Of a DNA stretch of 64,000 nt, positions 30,443 through 44,641 are shown piece after piece. Below the pieces are notes generated by a model, which saw only the letters and a program-made list of their open reading frames with translations, searched no databases and was not told where the DNA came from. The DNA lies in the NCBI RefSeq assembly GCF_009914755.1, contig NC_060926.1. One strand, 5' to 3'. The stretch is from the human T2T-CHM13v2.0 reference genome, Homo sapiens. Both the position numbers and the translations under genes were made by a program. Position 1 is the first letter of the stretch. Every line of letters starts with the position of its first letter.

Positions 30443-30882
30443 TCAATGAGTGGATAAAGATATTTGATATATATGTGATATATATCTCTCTCTATATATG
30501 ATATATATCACATATATATAGTTATATATATATATGATGGAATACTACTCAGCCATAAAAAGGAATGAATTAATAGCATTTGCAGTGACCTGAATGAGAT
30601 TAGAGACTATTATTCTAAGTGAAGTAACTCAGGAATGGAAAACCAAACATCATATGTTCTCAGCATAAGTGGAAACTAAGCTAGGAGGATGCAGAGGCAT
30701 AAGAATGACACAATGGACTTTGGAGACTCAGGAGGAAAGTGTGGGAAGGGGGTGAGTGATAAAAGACTACAAATTGGGTGCAGTGTATACTGCTCCAAAA
30801 TCTCACACATCACCACTAAAGAACTAACTCATGTAACCAAACACCACCTGTTCCCCAGTAACCTATGGGGGGGAAAAAAAAA
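30443..30882 (+). mobile_element. L1PB1-like 3' end with embedded (TA)n
   Basis: GGAATACTACTCAGCCATAAAAAGGAATG...ACCACTAAAGAACT..CATGTAACCAAACACCACCTGTTCCCC. Confidence 0.8.
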
Positions 30883-31474
30883 GCTTATGACAAGCCCTGA
30901 AAATCATATGCGTACTCTTTCAGTTTTGGATATGTGCAAAACTTTTTCCTTTTAACAATATTTATGCAATTGAAAACAGCCTTTTTTCATCCTATAGTTT
31001 CTACTTGACTTATGATATCTGAACGTGGGACACCAAGTAACAGTGTAACCCAAAATATAAGTCATAAACTGAATGTTATCTGATACTAAATTATAAAGTA
31101 AGACGTGTTCATCAGTATTTTATTGTAAACAACAAATGCCAAATGCAAGACCTACCCTGATCAGTTCTGAAAAGCATTCATATGTTGAGACTCTTGAGGT
31201 AATTGATCTTACTGCTTCACCATCTTTTGTTCTATCCACAATTATATCCTCAAGAGAAATTCCCGATAACCATTAATAGAGGAAGAAAACGCATAGTCTT
31301 GGTTTGCATCTGACAAGTGTTCAACATTTATCTTACCACTTGGCTGTAAGTTTCTTGAAGACAGGAAAATTTTCAAAATTAAAATCTACACAATGCCAAA
31401 ATCATGAATATCTTATTGTTTCTATTTATTAAACATGAGTTGAGTAGATGAAAAAATTTTACTCAGATATTACG

Positions 31475-32830
<1,356 letters not shown>

Positions 32831-33498
32831 TAAAATATTTTTTATCTTAGATTGTGTACATAGTACTATGTACTGAAATTAAAGTTTCTTTTGAACCAAT
32901 AATCACTAAATTATTCTTTCAATGAAAACTTCATTTGAGCTTTCTATCAACATTCTTTAAAACTGTAATTTAAAAAAATCCAAATTCAGCAAAGAGAATG
33001 CAACTCACTTTTAAAATATTTAAATAAGCCCTGAACCATGGATACTTACAAGTAATAGCTGAATTGTTTGTTAAAATATAAAAGTTTCATTATTATAAAT
33101 GTTTTCAAATCATGATAGTAAAATTTATGACTTATACTTTGGAAAAAATTATATTATGTAACTAAAAAATCCATTTATTCCTATTGTTAAATTATTGCAG
33201 AGGATGTTAAGAAAATATCTCCTTCTAACCCATACAATGCTTGGATATAGATTATAATCAAATATACTTGCAAAACTTATTATTGTAGCATATAATTTCT
33301 TACACCAAATTTAGCCAAATTAAGATGGTTAACACTTTAAATTATAAAATACATTGAAATATGTATGAATTATTAATTTCAACAGAAAATAACTTATAAG
33401 CCATTTTTGTGTGTTCTACAATTACTTGTATCTAAATTGGCTAATGAGTAATTGGAAGACAATTGTAATGTACACAATAATAATTTCTATAAGAATAA

Positions 33499-33906
<408 letters not shown>

Positions 33907-33963
33907 TCTATATTTCAGGTTATTTACTTGAAAAATACAGACAAAAATAATACCTGTTTCATA

Positions 33964-34575
33964 ATTTTTTTTAATTTTAATTTTTGTGTGTACATATTAG
34001 GTGTGTATATTTATGGGATACACGAAATATTGTGATACAGTCATACAATATATAATCATCACATGAGGGTAAATGGGGTCTCCTTCACCTCAAGGATTTA
34101 TCGATTTTTCTGTGTGTTACAAACAACCTAATTATATTCTTTTAGCTATTTTAAAATATATTTTAAAATTACTGTTGACTGTACTCACACTGTTGTGCTA
34201 TTACTACTAGATCTTATTCATTCTATGTAATTATATAGTGCAGTGGAGCAATCTCAGCTCACTGCAAGCTCCGCCTCCTGGGTTCACCATTCTCCTGCCT
34301 CGGCCTCCCGAGTATCTGGGACTACAGGCGCCAGCCACCTCACCCGGCTAATTTTTTGTATTTTTAGTAGAGACAGGGTTTCACCGTGTTAGCGAGGGTG
34401 GTCTCGATCTCCTGACCTCGTGATCTACCTGCTTCGGCCTCCCAAAGTGCTGGAATTGCAGGCGTGAGCCACCGCGCCCCGCCCTCTGCTATATTTTTTT
34501 AACCATTAACCATCTACACTTCCTCCCTCCCACCCAAACTAGCCTTCCCAGACTCTGGTAACCATCATCTACTCA
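33964..34575 (-). mobile_element. L1MA2/3-like 3' end, interrupted by Alu
   Basis: TTTTAATTTTTGTGTGTACATATTAGGTGTGTATATTTATGGGATACA...CTCTGGTAACCATCAT. Confidence 0.75.
34238..34483 (-). mobile_element. AluY-like, lacking its 3' ~40 bp and tail
   Basis: CACTGCAAGCTCCGCCTCC and TTCACCGTGTTAGC diagnostics, CpG-rich. Confidence 0.88.
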
Positions 34576-35274
34576 AGGCGACATATTAAAGAAAACAGAA
34601 AAAATAGCTGATATAACGAACATATAATAAGTATATATAATAACAATATTGCATCTTTATTTTTAATGTTTTATTTAATAAAAATTTGAAGCACAGAAAA
34701 ATACAAAAAAGCATTATGTAATAACCACTGCTACATTCCTATCTAGTGTGAACAGATGTTATCATTTTTTCATATTGTATTAGATATCTGGTTTTGCAAA
34801 ATAACAAGAGTGTTAAACACAAAGGAAACTCTTGAAGTTAGTGTGTATATAATGACAATGTGTCTTGTATGCTTTTGAATTTATTTATGTATATCTAAAA
34901 TTAATAAAGACTATTGTTTATGATTGTTAAACGTTTAAGCAAAATATAGAATAAAAATATTCTTTTCCTTCTCTCTTAATTTAGTTCCTAAAAAAAAAGT
35001 TCAGTTAATAAAATAAAAAAGCAGCACTTGCCCAAATTATCATATATTATGAAATAGAAGAAAACAGATTAATGAAGTTTTGCTTTAACTACATATTCTT
35101 TTATGCAATTTGTATTTCATAAACCTTATAAATAGACATAAATCACAAGGGAACACTATGAGAACTTTTATTTTGACTCGTAATGAGAATTACTAAGTAA
35201 AGACTACATACTTATAATTAATATTCATTGAATTATGAAGTAAGGCTGTCTCTAAAATCTTAGAGGCACATAAA

Positions 35275-36245
35275 AACATGTTCAACATCATTAGACATTA
35301 GGGAAATGCAAATTAGAATCACAATGAGTTATTACAGTATTCATATTAGAGTTACTAAAATTTAAAAAATAATGATGATGCCAAATGCTGGCAAGAATGC
35401 AGAGAAACTATTGCTTACATTGCAAGTAGGAATGTAAAATGGCACAGCTGCTGTGGGAAATAGTTTGGCAATTTTTTATAAAATGAAATAAATACTTATC
35501 ATATGACCAACAATAACATTCTTGGGCATTTATCTCAGAAAAATAAAACTTACATTTACATAAAAACTTGACCATGAAGATTCCTAACAGCTTTATTTTT
35601 AATAGTTCCAAATTAGAAACATCCCAAATGTCCTTCAATGGATGAATAAACAAACTCTGGTACATCCATATTATGAAATACTACTCAGCAATAAACAGCA
35701 ATCAACTAACGATATACCTGACAACTTGAGTATTTTTCATGAGTATTATATTTAGTTAAAAACAACATCCAATCGCAAAGATTTCATATTATACAATTCC
35801 ATTTACATGATGTTCTTGAAAGTATAAAACTATAGAAATGGAGAACAGATTAGCAATTTCCAAAGGACAAGGAAGGTGGTGAGTCAGGTGGGTACAACTA
35901 CAAAATTGTAGCACATATAGTTCCTTTGTGGTGATAAAACATTTCTGTATTTTGACTGTGGTTGTCCCATAAATATATACATGGAATCAAATTAGACAGA
36001 ACAATGTGCATACACACACACACACACACACAAATGAATACATGTAAAAACTGAGGTAAATAATGCCTGCAGTCTAATAAATGACATTATATCACTGTCA
36101 ATTTTCTGGTTTTGATATTGAATTAGAACTGATACAATGTTACCATTAGGGGGAGCTGGATAAAGTGTTCACCAGACTCTATTTACTCTTTTTCAACTTC
36201 CAGAGGGTCCATTGCCAGTTTTTAAAAGTTTAACAATGTAATAAA
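35275..36245 (+). mobile_element. Old L1M (MC/MD/ME-type) 3' end
   Basis: GGGAAATGCAAATTAGAATCACAATGAG...AACAAACTCTGGTACATCCATA..GAAATACTACTCAGCAATAAA. Confidence 0.7.
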
Positions 36246-36269
36246 AAATAAAGTATTAATTAGATATAT

Positions 36270-36770
36270 CTCTGGAAAACTTAACAATGCCCCCCCAAAG
36301 ATAATGACACCCTAATCCCCTGAAGCTGTGATATGTAATATGTCACCTTACATCGCAAAAGTGAGGTAACAGACTTCGTGATAGGGAGATTATCCTCGAA
36401 TGTCTGGATGGGCAAAGTGTAATCATGAGTCATTAAAAGTGGGGACTTTTCTTATGTTGTAGTCAGGGAGACATAAGAAGGCACGAGAAGGAGAGAAAGA
36501 TCAGAAAGATACATGACTGCTGGCTTTGAAAATAAATAAAGGAGAACATAAGCCAAGGAATAAGGACAGCCTTTAGATGCTGAAAAACTATAGGAAATGG
36601 ATTTTTTGAGAGCCCCTCCAAAAGGAAAAAAGCCCTGCCAACAACTTGGTTTTAGCCTGGTAAGACCCATATCAAACTTCTGACCCACAGAACCACAATA
36701 ATATATTTGTGTTGTTTTAAGCCATATTTCTGTGATTTTATTATAGCTGTCATATTGGAACATGAATACA
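36270..36770 (+). mobile_element. MLT1D-like MaLR LTR
   Basis: CCCCCCAAAGAT...GGGAGATTATCCT...TGCTGGCTTTGAA...TTTGTGTTGTTTTAAGCCA...AATACA. Confidence 0.75.
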
Positions 36771-37874
36771 TTATATTAGAAAACCACCACATTGTATAAT
36801 TGTATTAGAAAATGTATAGTAATGAATATTTTGTTTGGATGCTGATGCAGAGGTCAATAAAAGGTATTTTGGAGTTAATGGAGAAATAGTGGATATGGCA
36901 TGGCTATCATATGTTATTAAAATTATTGTTAATTCTGCAGGTTGAGATAATGGTATTTTGGTTCATTTTAAAAAGAGGATCTATCTATTAGAGAATACTT
37001 ATATGTGAAAATACATAATATTTGGATTTTATTTCAAGCATTCCAGTAAAAGAGAAAACAGATGGGGATGAGAAGAGATGGAAAAAGACTGGAACATATT
37101 GACAACTGTTAAATCTGAGAATGGATATATGAGTTATTAATTACATTATTCTTGTATTTGTATGTTTGAAAATGTCCTGAATATAATTTTAATGCCCAGT
37201 AATTTACATGGATAAATATTTGAGAATCTTTAGTTTAATATAATTCTATACTAACAAGCATATTGCTTTTTATTAAAAATATTTTAAAAGGTATAAGAAT
37301 TTTTTTTTAAATTTCTAAGCTTTGGCATATATTGAAGATTTATCTTTAATGATTAACTCTCAAGTTCTACAAATGTCAGAAGCTGATTGAGATCTTAGCT
37401 GTTTTGTCTTGTCAGTATTAAAGTAAGGAAGGTTATTTTAAGGTGCTGGAGCTGTATTTTTAAATTGGTCATAAGTGTTCTGACAGTAAGGTTGCAGGGA
37501 AATCAAAAGATAATTTTGGAGAGGGGATGTCATTTCATTAGAATATTTATTTTCTTGATAATCTACCACTATAATTTGATTTTTTCCTAATGTGCTAGTC
37601 CCCTTTGGACACCTTACTCCTCAATCCTTCTGATTACATCTCAGTATTAGTCAGAATTGCAACCAACAGAAATCACTTTAGCTATTTTAAGCAGAAAGAG
37701 ATGTAATGAAGGAAAATAAATATTTACCACGTTGTTGGGAGAGATGAAAGAGTAGCCTCAAATTTGGATCTGTAAGAAATAAAACTAAGATGACACTACA
37801 GAATTTGTCTGTATGGGGACCTCCTACTTCTGCCAATATTAGGAAGCTAACAAATCAAAACAAAATGATTCTAT

Positions 37875-38206
37875 TTTGACACTAAAATAATGCAGAAAAC
37901 TTGGAGACAAATTCTGGGAATGATTTGAAGTACCAAACTACTATGTCTATTTTACATCATTCTATTAGAAATAGACTTGAAAATGGAAAAATAAAGTTAC
38001 GTTTCTTATATACCTGAGATTGTGGAGAATGATTTATATTGATAACACTTTAGAAATGTAATATCTGATGAAAAAAAGAAGAAATAATTATAAATTAAGG
38101 CAGCTTTTCAAGTTTTTAGTTTAAATCTTAACGTCTAATATCAGAAAGCTTCCTTCAAATATCAGTGATGATTCCATTGAATGGGGACATAAGACTGCAT
38201 TATGGC
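37875..38206. repeat. Inverted repeat, left arm (332 bp)
   Basis: Reverse complement of 39402-39733 with a single mismatch (37971/39637), checked base by base. Confidence 0.98.
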
Positions 38207-38801
38207 AGGGGCTGTTGACCAAAGGAACATATTTATTTACCTTTTATCTAGGGATTTTGAGTCTGTCACTGCTGCACCTGTTGGCTCTAGAAATATGCTA
38301 CATCTGATTGATTTTTATTTCCCAAACCTGAATGACTCGCACCTGCCCCTCAAAACTCAAGTAGGGAATGAAGATTAGACATTGTTATGGAAAAAAACAA
38401 GTTCTCTCCATGACTATAATTTCTATTAAAAATACACCAGTAGTAAAATTATCATCTTTATTTCCTACTATATAATTCATTACAATGTTGATTGATATTA
38501 TAGTTATTTCTGAGACTTGTCACAAGAATTACAAAACTTTAATTGGGATTTATAAATTTACTGTGTTAATTTATTTTTGCCCCCAACCAGTATCTCAGCT
38601 GGTTATGGTTATTCACTTGGTGTATTGACCTGACACATCACTCTTGAGAAGTCCTTTGTAACTGTGACCTTTTGGGGTTTCCATAATATTACATTAATTT
38701 TTATCACTGCACATGGCACTTTGGTAGGCCATCTTTATTAAAATGCTTCCAAAAACTTTCCCTTCCAGTATTTAGACCCAGTGTAATTTCCTCCTCTGAT
38801 T

Positions 38802-39268
38802 ATTGGCTGGATTTAGTGAATCATTTCTAATAAATACAATATAGTAAAAGCTATAGCATGGTATATCGGAGATTAGGTTACCAAAAAACTGTGATGTCCA
38901 ACTTGCTGGCTCTCTCCCTCATTCCTCCACTTGTTCTGTAGGAATTCGGTTGCCATATTGGTGGAGCCCTATGGAGAGGACAACAAGGTAAGGAAATTAT
39001 GTCTCCAGTCAACATGCAGTGAGGATGTGAGGTCAGCCAATAAACACATGAGAGGCCTTGGAAGTAGATCTAACCATAGTGAAGTTTGAGAAAACTGTAG
39101 CCCCACATGGAAGCTTGATACAGTTCTGTGAGTGACCCTGAGCCAGAGGACCCCTCTAAGCCACATCTGGATGCCTGACTTATAAAAATTGTGAGATAAT
39201 AAATGTTTTTCTTTTAAGTCATCAAGTTTGGGGGCAAATTGTTACACAGTAATAAGCATCTAATATAG
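38802..39268 (+). mobile_element. MLT1F/E-like MaLR LTR within the IR spacer
   Basis: GAGTGACCCTGAGCCAGAGGACCCCTCTAAGCCACATCTGGATGCCTGAC...GTGAGATAATAAATG. Confidence 0.7.
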
Positions 39269-39401
39269 CACTATTACAGGACCTTTTGGGTTTCATTAGA
39301 GTCTCATTAACTTCTACAATACTATTTCCTCTTGATAAATAGTATCAATCATTGTACCTATAGTGGTACCTTACTTTTTGATCTGTCATTTAATGGAATA
39401 A

Positions 39402-39733
39402 GCCATAATGCAGTCTTATGTCCCCATTCAATGGAATCATCACTGATATTTGAAGGAAGCTTTCTGATATTAGACGTTAAGATTTAAACTAAAAACTTGA
39501 AAAGCTGCCTTAATTTATAATTATTTCTTCTTTTTTTCATCAGATATTACATTTCTAAAGTGTTATCAATATAAATCATTCTCCACAATCTCAGGTATAT
39601 AAGAAACGTAACTTTATTTTTCCATTTTCAAGTCTAATTCTAATAGAATGATGTAAAATAGACATAGTAGTTTGGTACTTCAAATCATTCCCAGAATTTG
39701 TCTCCAAGTTTTCTGCATTATTTTAGTGTCAAA
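39402..39733. repeat. Inverted repeat, right arm (332 bp)
   Basis: Reverse complement of 37875-38206, 331/332 identical. Confidence 0.98.
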
Positions 39734-40127
39734 GCATTGGCCAGTGGAGGGATATTATTCTCTAATAATCTGTTTTGCCTAGGTATTAGTTGAACTATTC
39801 TTGGCCATTGAGTCCTAGACACTGGTTTTAACAAATTGCTATATCTCTCATTTTTAATCTCCTGACTACATTAGCTACTGAGACTTGGTGCAGTACTACA
39901 TTTTGTTGCTGGCAGAAACTACCTTGTGTCATTCTGATTTGCTATGACTCCAGATGCTGATCAGATATAGAGCTTGTATAGAGCTATTACTCTTTAATGT
40001 AAGTCCTCACTTTCACCATACCTCTATACTCTACTCCATTTTACTGCACACCTGTTTTCCCAATATGTTATAGACCAAGAAGTAGCTAGCAAGAGGTACA
40101 AGATCATTCTCTATATGACAAATCTGT

Positions 40128-40790
40128 TTTCTTTTTTAAAAAAACCTTTATTGACATACAATCCACATGCCATATTGTGAGCCCACTTAACATGCATGAA
40201 TCAATAATTTTAATGTATTCAGATGTAACCTGCCATCACAGCAGTCAACTGTACAACATTTTCATCACCTCCAAAAGAAACCCATACCCTTTAGCCATTG
40301 CTCCTTTTTCTCTATATCCATTCCACCTTATGCAACAATTACTTTTCTCTCTCTAAATAATTGAAAATATTTTCTTAATTCTGTAAGTTATGGTTTCACT
40401 TTCCGAGTACTTTCCATTGAAGCACAGATACGTTTAATTTTGATGAAGTTCAATATATTTATTTTTTGTTACTTATGCCACTTGGTGTCATATCTAAGAA
40501 TACATTGACAAATCCAAATTCGTGGGGATTTACCCCTACCCTTATATTTTGGTATATAAGTTTTATAATTTTTATTTTACATTTAGATTTTGTACCATTT
40601 TAAGTTTTTGATACAGTGTGAGGTAATAATCTCACTTCATTCTTTTGCAGGTGGCTTTCCTATTGCCCCAGTGTTATTTCTTAAAAAGACACTTTTTCCC
40701 TATTGAATGCTCTTGGCACCTTTGTCAAAAGTTGGTTGACACACAGTTTTATTTCCAGACTCTCAATTCTATTTTCTTAATCAATGTGTC
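40128..40790 (-). mobile_element. Old L1MB/MC fragment
   Basis: ACATTTTCATCACCTCCAAAAGAAACCCATACCC and TTAATTTTGATGAAGTTCAAT. Confidence 0.65.
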
Positions 40791-41688
40791 TACCTAGCTT
40801 TTGTTCTTAATGTTGTTCCTCAGACCCATTCTCTAGCTTATGTTGTTATTCTCTGAAGAATTTAACATAATTTTCAGAAATTGACACACTTCTGGAAGAA
40901 AAGTAAGGGCTTCCTTTTTGCTCTATAATTATTTGAAATAATTAAGAATGCACTACCTGCTCTAGTGAGTCTGTGAACATGTGTGTGTGTGTGCATCTTT
41001 GTGTATCTGTGTCTGTGTGTGTTACATTGAGCAATGAGGAGCTAGACAAAGGAAAAATACCAACTGGAACTATTTCAAAAACAATACCTTGCCACATTAT
41101 CTGTACATTTTTGTTTTATTTATTTCTTTATTTAGCTTAAGTGTTCTTTTCTTAAATGGCAAGAGAAGCAAAGCAAAGTTTAATTTGTCCTGATATATGT
41201 TTTCAGCTCTTTTAGAAAATGTAAAAAAAAAAAATATGTTGGCTGTTTCACTGGAAATGCACAAGGCTCAAGAGTGACATGCAGAAATACATGATTTTTT
41301 TATCAGTTACTTTTGAAGAAATGACTTTCAGATTGAGGTGATGATCCTGGATCTAAGTCATAAATTAAACGCTTAAAAATACTGCCACTTTATATGGTTA
41401 AGGTCACATTTTGTGTAGGACATTTGAGGACTCAGAACCTTAAGGAATTGAGATTTGGGTCAACACACCTAAAAAAAAAAAGAAAAGAAAAAAAAAAAAA
41501 AGAAAAGGTGAAGTTTTGTCTGAAGGACCTTCTTTCTGGGCTGAGGAAGAAAGATGTAACAGATAACAATTATAATCTTAAGACCAATTACAGAAAACAG
41601 GGCTCTAGAAACTTTATATATTTTCTCTTTTCTTCTTATGTGTGTATATATTTGAGCATATCATAAATATTTTCTTATCTCTGTTTTC

Positions 41689-43644
41689 TGTATTAGTTCG
41701 TTTTCCTCTAAAGAACTACCTGAGACTGAGTAATTTATAAATCAAGGAGGTTTAATTGACTCAGAGTTGTGCATGGCTGGGAAGGCCTCAGGAAACTTGC
41801 AATTATGGTGGAAGGCAGAGAGGAAGCAGTAAGGCACATCTTACATGGCAGCAGGATGCGGGGAGTGCTACAACTTGAGAGCACCAGATCTCGTGAGAAC
41901 TCACTATTACAAGAACAGCATGGGGAAAACTGCCGCCATGATTCAGTCACCTCCCACTGATGGCAGTGGCAGCCGTCTGGAGTGGCCTCTGTGATGACGA
42001 CACTTGCAGGAGGCAAGGTACTGCTGCGGCTGCTTGCTCTGTGCATCTGGCAAGAGTTCCGAAGAGGTGAGAGCCCTACCCCCTACCGAGTTGACAGGCG
42101 GGAGCCCCACGTTTCTTCATGCAACAGCAGGGACTCAGCTGTGGTCCCGGAACCTGGGTATCCCTGTGCTCTTGGGGACCTGGTAAGTGCCCCCTACTCC
42201 TACAGGCTTGGAATTGCCTGCTCACTCTCCCTAATCTCTCCCTGCTCCCTGCTCCCGGCACCAGCTCTGGTGCAGAACAAAGTTGTGGCCAAGCCCAGGT
42301 GTTGACATGACCCAGCCAGGTGTCCGCACACTCAGGGTGGTTCTGACATGCCAGCCCCCCTCCACCTTAGCCTTCTCTGAACTTGGGAACCCACGAGCAC
42401 ATGAGGAAGGCTGATGGGCACTAAGGGTAGATCAACACTGGCCTGTAGGTGCTCCTCTGCACGAACAGCCTGGGTGTCATGGATGGCATGTTAATGGCAG
42501 GAGGCAGACAGATTCCTGGGCAGAAAGGGGAGGGTCCCTGGTGAAACCCCACCTTCGAGCCAGGGACAGACTGAAGCCTGAGAGGTGGGCTGCCAGTTCT
42601 GGGTGGAGTCTGCAGCCTGAAGTGAGAACTTATGGTGCCTTTTCCAGGTCCACCCATGGCTGCCCATAGACCAATCAGCATGCACTTTCTCCTTTCTGAG
42701 CCCATAACATCCCCGGACTCAGCCAGACTCACCATCTGCGGGAAGGAGCTCCCCACTTTGGGTCTCCTCAGTTCTTCCAGATGAGTGTCCTGCAGAAAGG
42801 AGATACCCACTCTAGGTCTCCTCACTGCAGAGACCTGGATACTTAACAGGACGACCTGACTGTGGAAAGGAGTTACCCACTTTGGGTCTCCTGAGAGCTG
42901 TTCTGTCCCTCACCGAAGCTCCTCTGTGCCTTCCTCACCCTCCAGTTGTCTGCGTACCTCATTCCTCATTGATGTGGAACAAGAACTTGGGACAGGATGA
43001 ATGGTGGGATTGAAAGAGTGGTAAACAAGCAGGGCTGAAACACACCACTCTGCTTGCCATGTTGTGGATGACAAGAAGGAGAGAATAGCTGCAGCCCTTC
43101 GGGAGGCCAGGCACAGGGACTCCCCAAGCCAGGGTTGTGACACCCTCTTTGGGCTCTGCAATTACTTGTGTCTCCAAGCTTCTAGGATCCACTACGTTCC
43201 CCTAGTCCAGATGCGAGTGCCCACAGTGAAAGCCGCATGCAGTACATCTGGTCCAGCCACAGCCTTGCATGGAGCTGGCATCTGTGCTGGGGTCTGTAGC
43301 TGCCCACCCCACCACAGCAACCAGTGTGCCTGGCTGTGCATAGTGGCTGAACCCGCGCTTACTCATGCACACTTCCCTCACTGCTCCATGCCTGACTCGC
43401 TGTTGGCAGGCGTGGGAGCTGGGCCAACAGTGTGAGCCAAGTGCAGCCTGCTGAGTCGAGTGGGCAGGAAAATCCCAGTGAGCGTGAGCAATATTCAGGC
43501 AGAAGGCACTGCCAGCCACAGAGGTTTCTGGCTGGTGAAATAACACCCCAAGGAGCCCATGACATCACCAGGTCTCCCTCTCAATATGTGGAGATTACAA
43601 TTTGAGATGAGATTTGGGTGGGGACGCAGAGCCAAACCGTATCA
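41689..43644 (-). mobile_element. THE1D/MSTA-like MaLR LTR split by a MER52 insertion (41689-41957 and 43565-43644)
   Basis: TGTATTAGTTCG...GGCCTCAGGAAACTT...CACCTCCCAC | CAGGTCTCCCTC...AGAGCCAAACCGTATCA. Confidence 0.85.
41958..43564 (+). mobile_element. MER52-family solo LTR (ERV1), nested in the THE1/MST LTR
   Basis: TGATGGCAGTGGCAGCCGTCTGGAG...CACCCCAAGGAGCCCATGACA. TSD CCAC/TCAC. Three internal AGGAG..CCCACT.T.GGTCTCCT repeats. Confidence 0.85.
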
Positions 43645-43909
43645 TTCCTATTATTATTTTATATTAAACTTTTGAAGCTTACTTTACTATTTAGGTAGCA
43701 ATGCATTTAGTGAGACTGTTCAAATCATTTGATGATAATTGATAAAATATCTTTGGAATTGTGTGCCTTCTCATTTCCAGAAAGTATTGGAAGTTTTTAC
43801 TTGTACCATGGATAGCTACATCTTGTTACACGGAAACGGAGTGGTTTCATTTTTGTTTGGAAGCTTTAATGTATAAAAATCTTTATATGAAAGTGGAGTA
43901 AGCAAACGG

Positions 43910-44641
43910 GTATATTGGTCTATCAATTTATTACTTGCAGTACCAAATCTACTTCCCTTTGTCCTACTTTGTGAGATCAGAGCTAAACTCTTAATATTTT
44001 TCCTTTGCCACTTGGTACAAGTAGACTTTGTCAGTAGAGGAGGCCGGCAGGACACTGAAGCTCAAAGCAATGTATGCTCCTGGTTGCTTTATTTCCTCCT
44101 ATGTTATGGGTGCCAGTAAATATACAAGGTGGAGGACCAGTGGTGCTCAGGTTTCAGTGCATCTACAGAATACCACTTCCTGTGAATCAGCTCGAGCACA
44201 CTAGTACTTTCAAGTGATCTTCTTGGTCACATAGTGTACAGTTTCCATATACAAATATGGCTCACCTGAATCTTTTAACAAGTTTATCAGCCATACAGTG
44301 GCCACGCTTGCAAACTAGCTCCAATCTGCACATTGTGAGAAATTTTTTTGCTATAGGTATGCTGCTGGCTCAGGTGGTAGCCCCACTGTCTCCAATAATG
44401 TCTGCTTCTCAGCCTGGGAAGAGTGTGCTGTTATATATTCTCAGTTTCTTCAATGTTTTCTCTTGCTCACCCCTAGAAATAAAAGCAAATTTCTACATTT
44501 CTATTTCTTTGTTCCTTGGATGTCTCATTCCCCTTTTTTAGTAGCTAATCATCTTTTACTAGTTAGTAATTATTTATAATAAAAACTTTTTTTGATCACT
44601 GATATGATTTCTGTCTCTTGACTAGACCCTAACTGATATAC
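43910..44641 (+). mobile_element. LTR41-like ERVL LTR
   Basis: TTTCCTTTGCCA...CTTTGTCAGTAGAGG and 3' end TTTCTGTCTCTTGACTAGACCCTAACTGATATA. Confidence 0.55.

Larger units (their letters stand above)
28265..31330 (+). mobile_element. Highly decayed MLT1/ERVL-MaLR LTR + internal sequence (interrupted)
   Basis: Patchy resemblance to MaLR internal motifs. Boundaries approximate. Confidence 0.4.
37640..40110 (-). mobile_element. Ancient MLT1-type LTR + internal remnant hosting the inverted repeat
   Basis: AACAGAAATCACTTTAGCTATTTTAAGCAGAAA (LTR-like). CCAGTATCTCAGCTGGTTATGG and GCAGTCTTA..TTCAATGGAATCAT (MaLR-internal-like). Very diverged. Confidence 0.4.
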
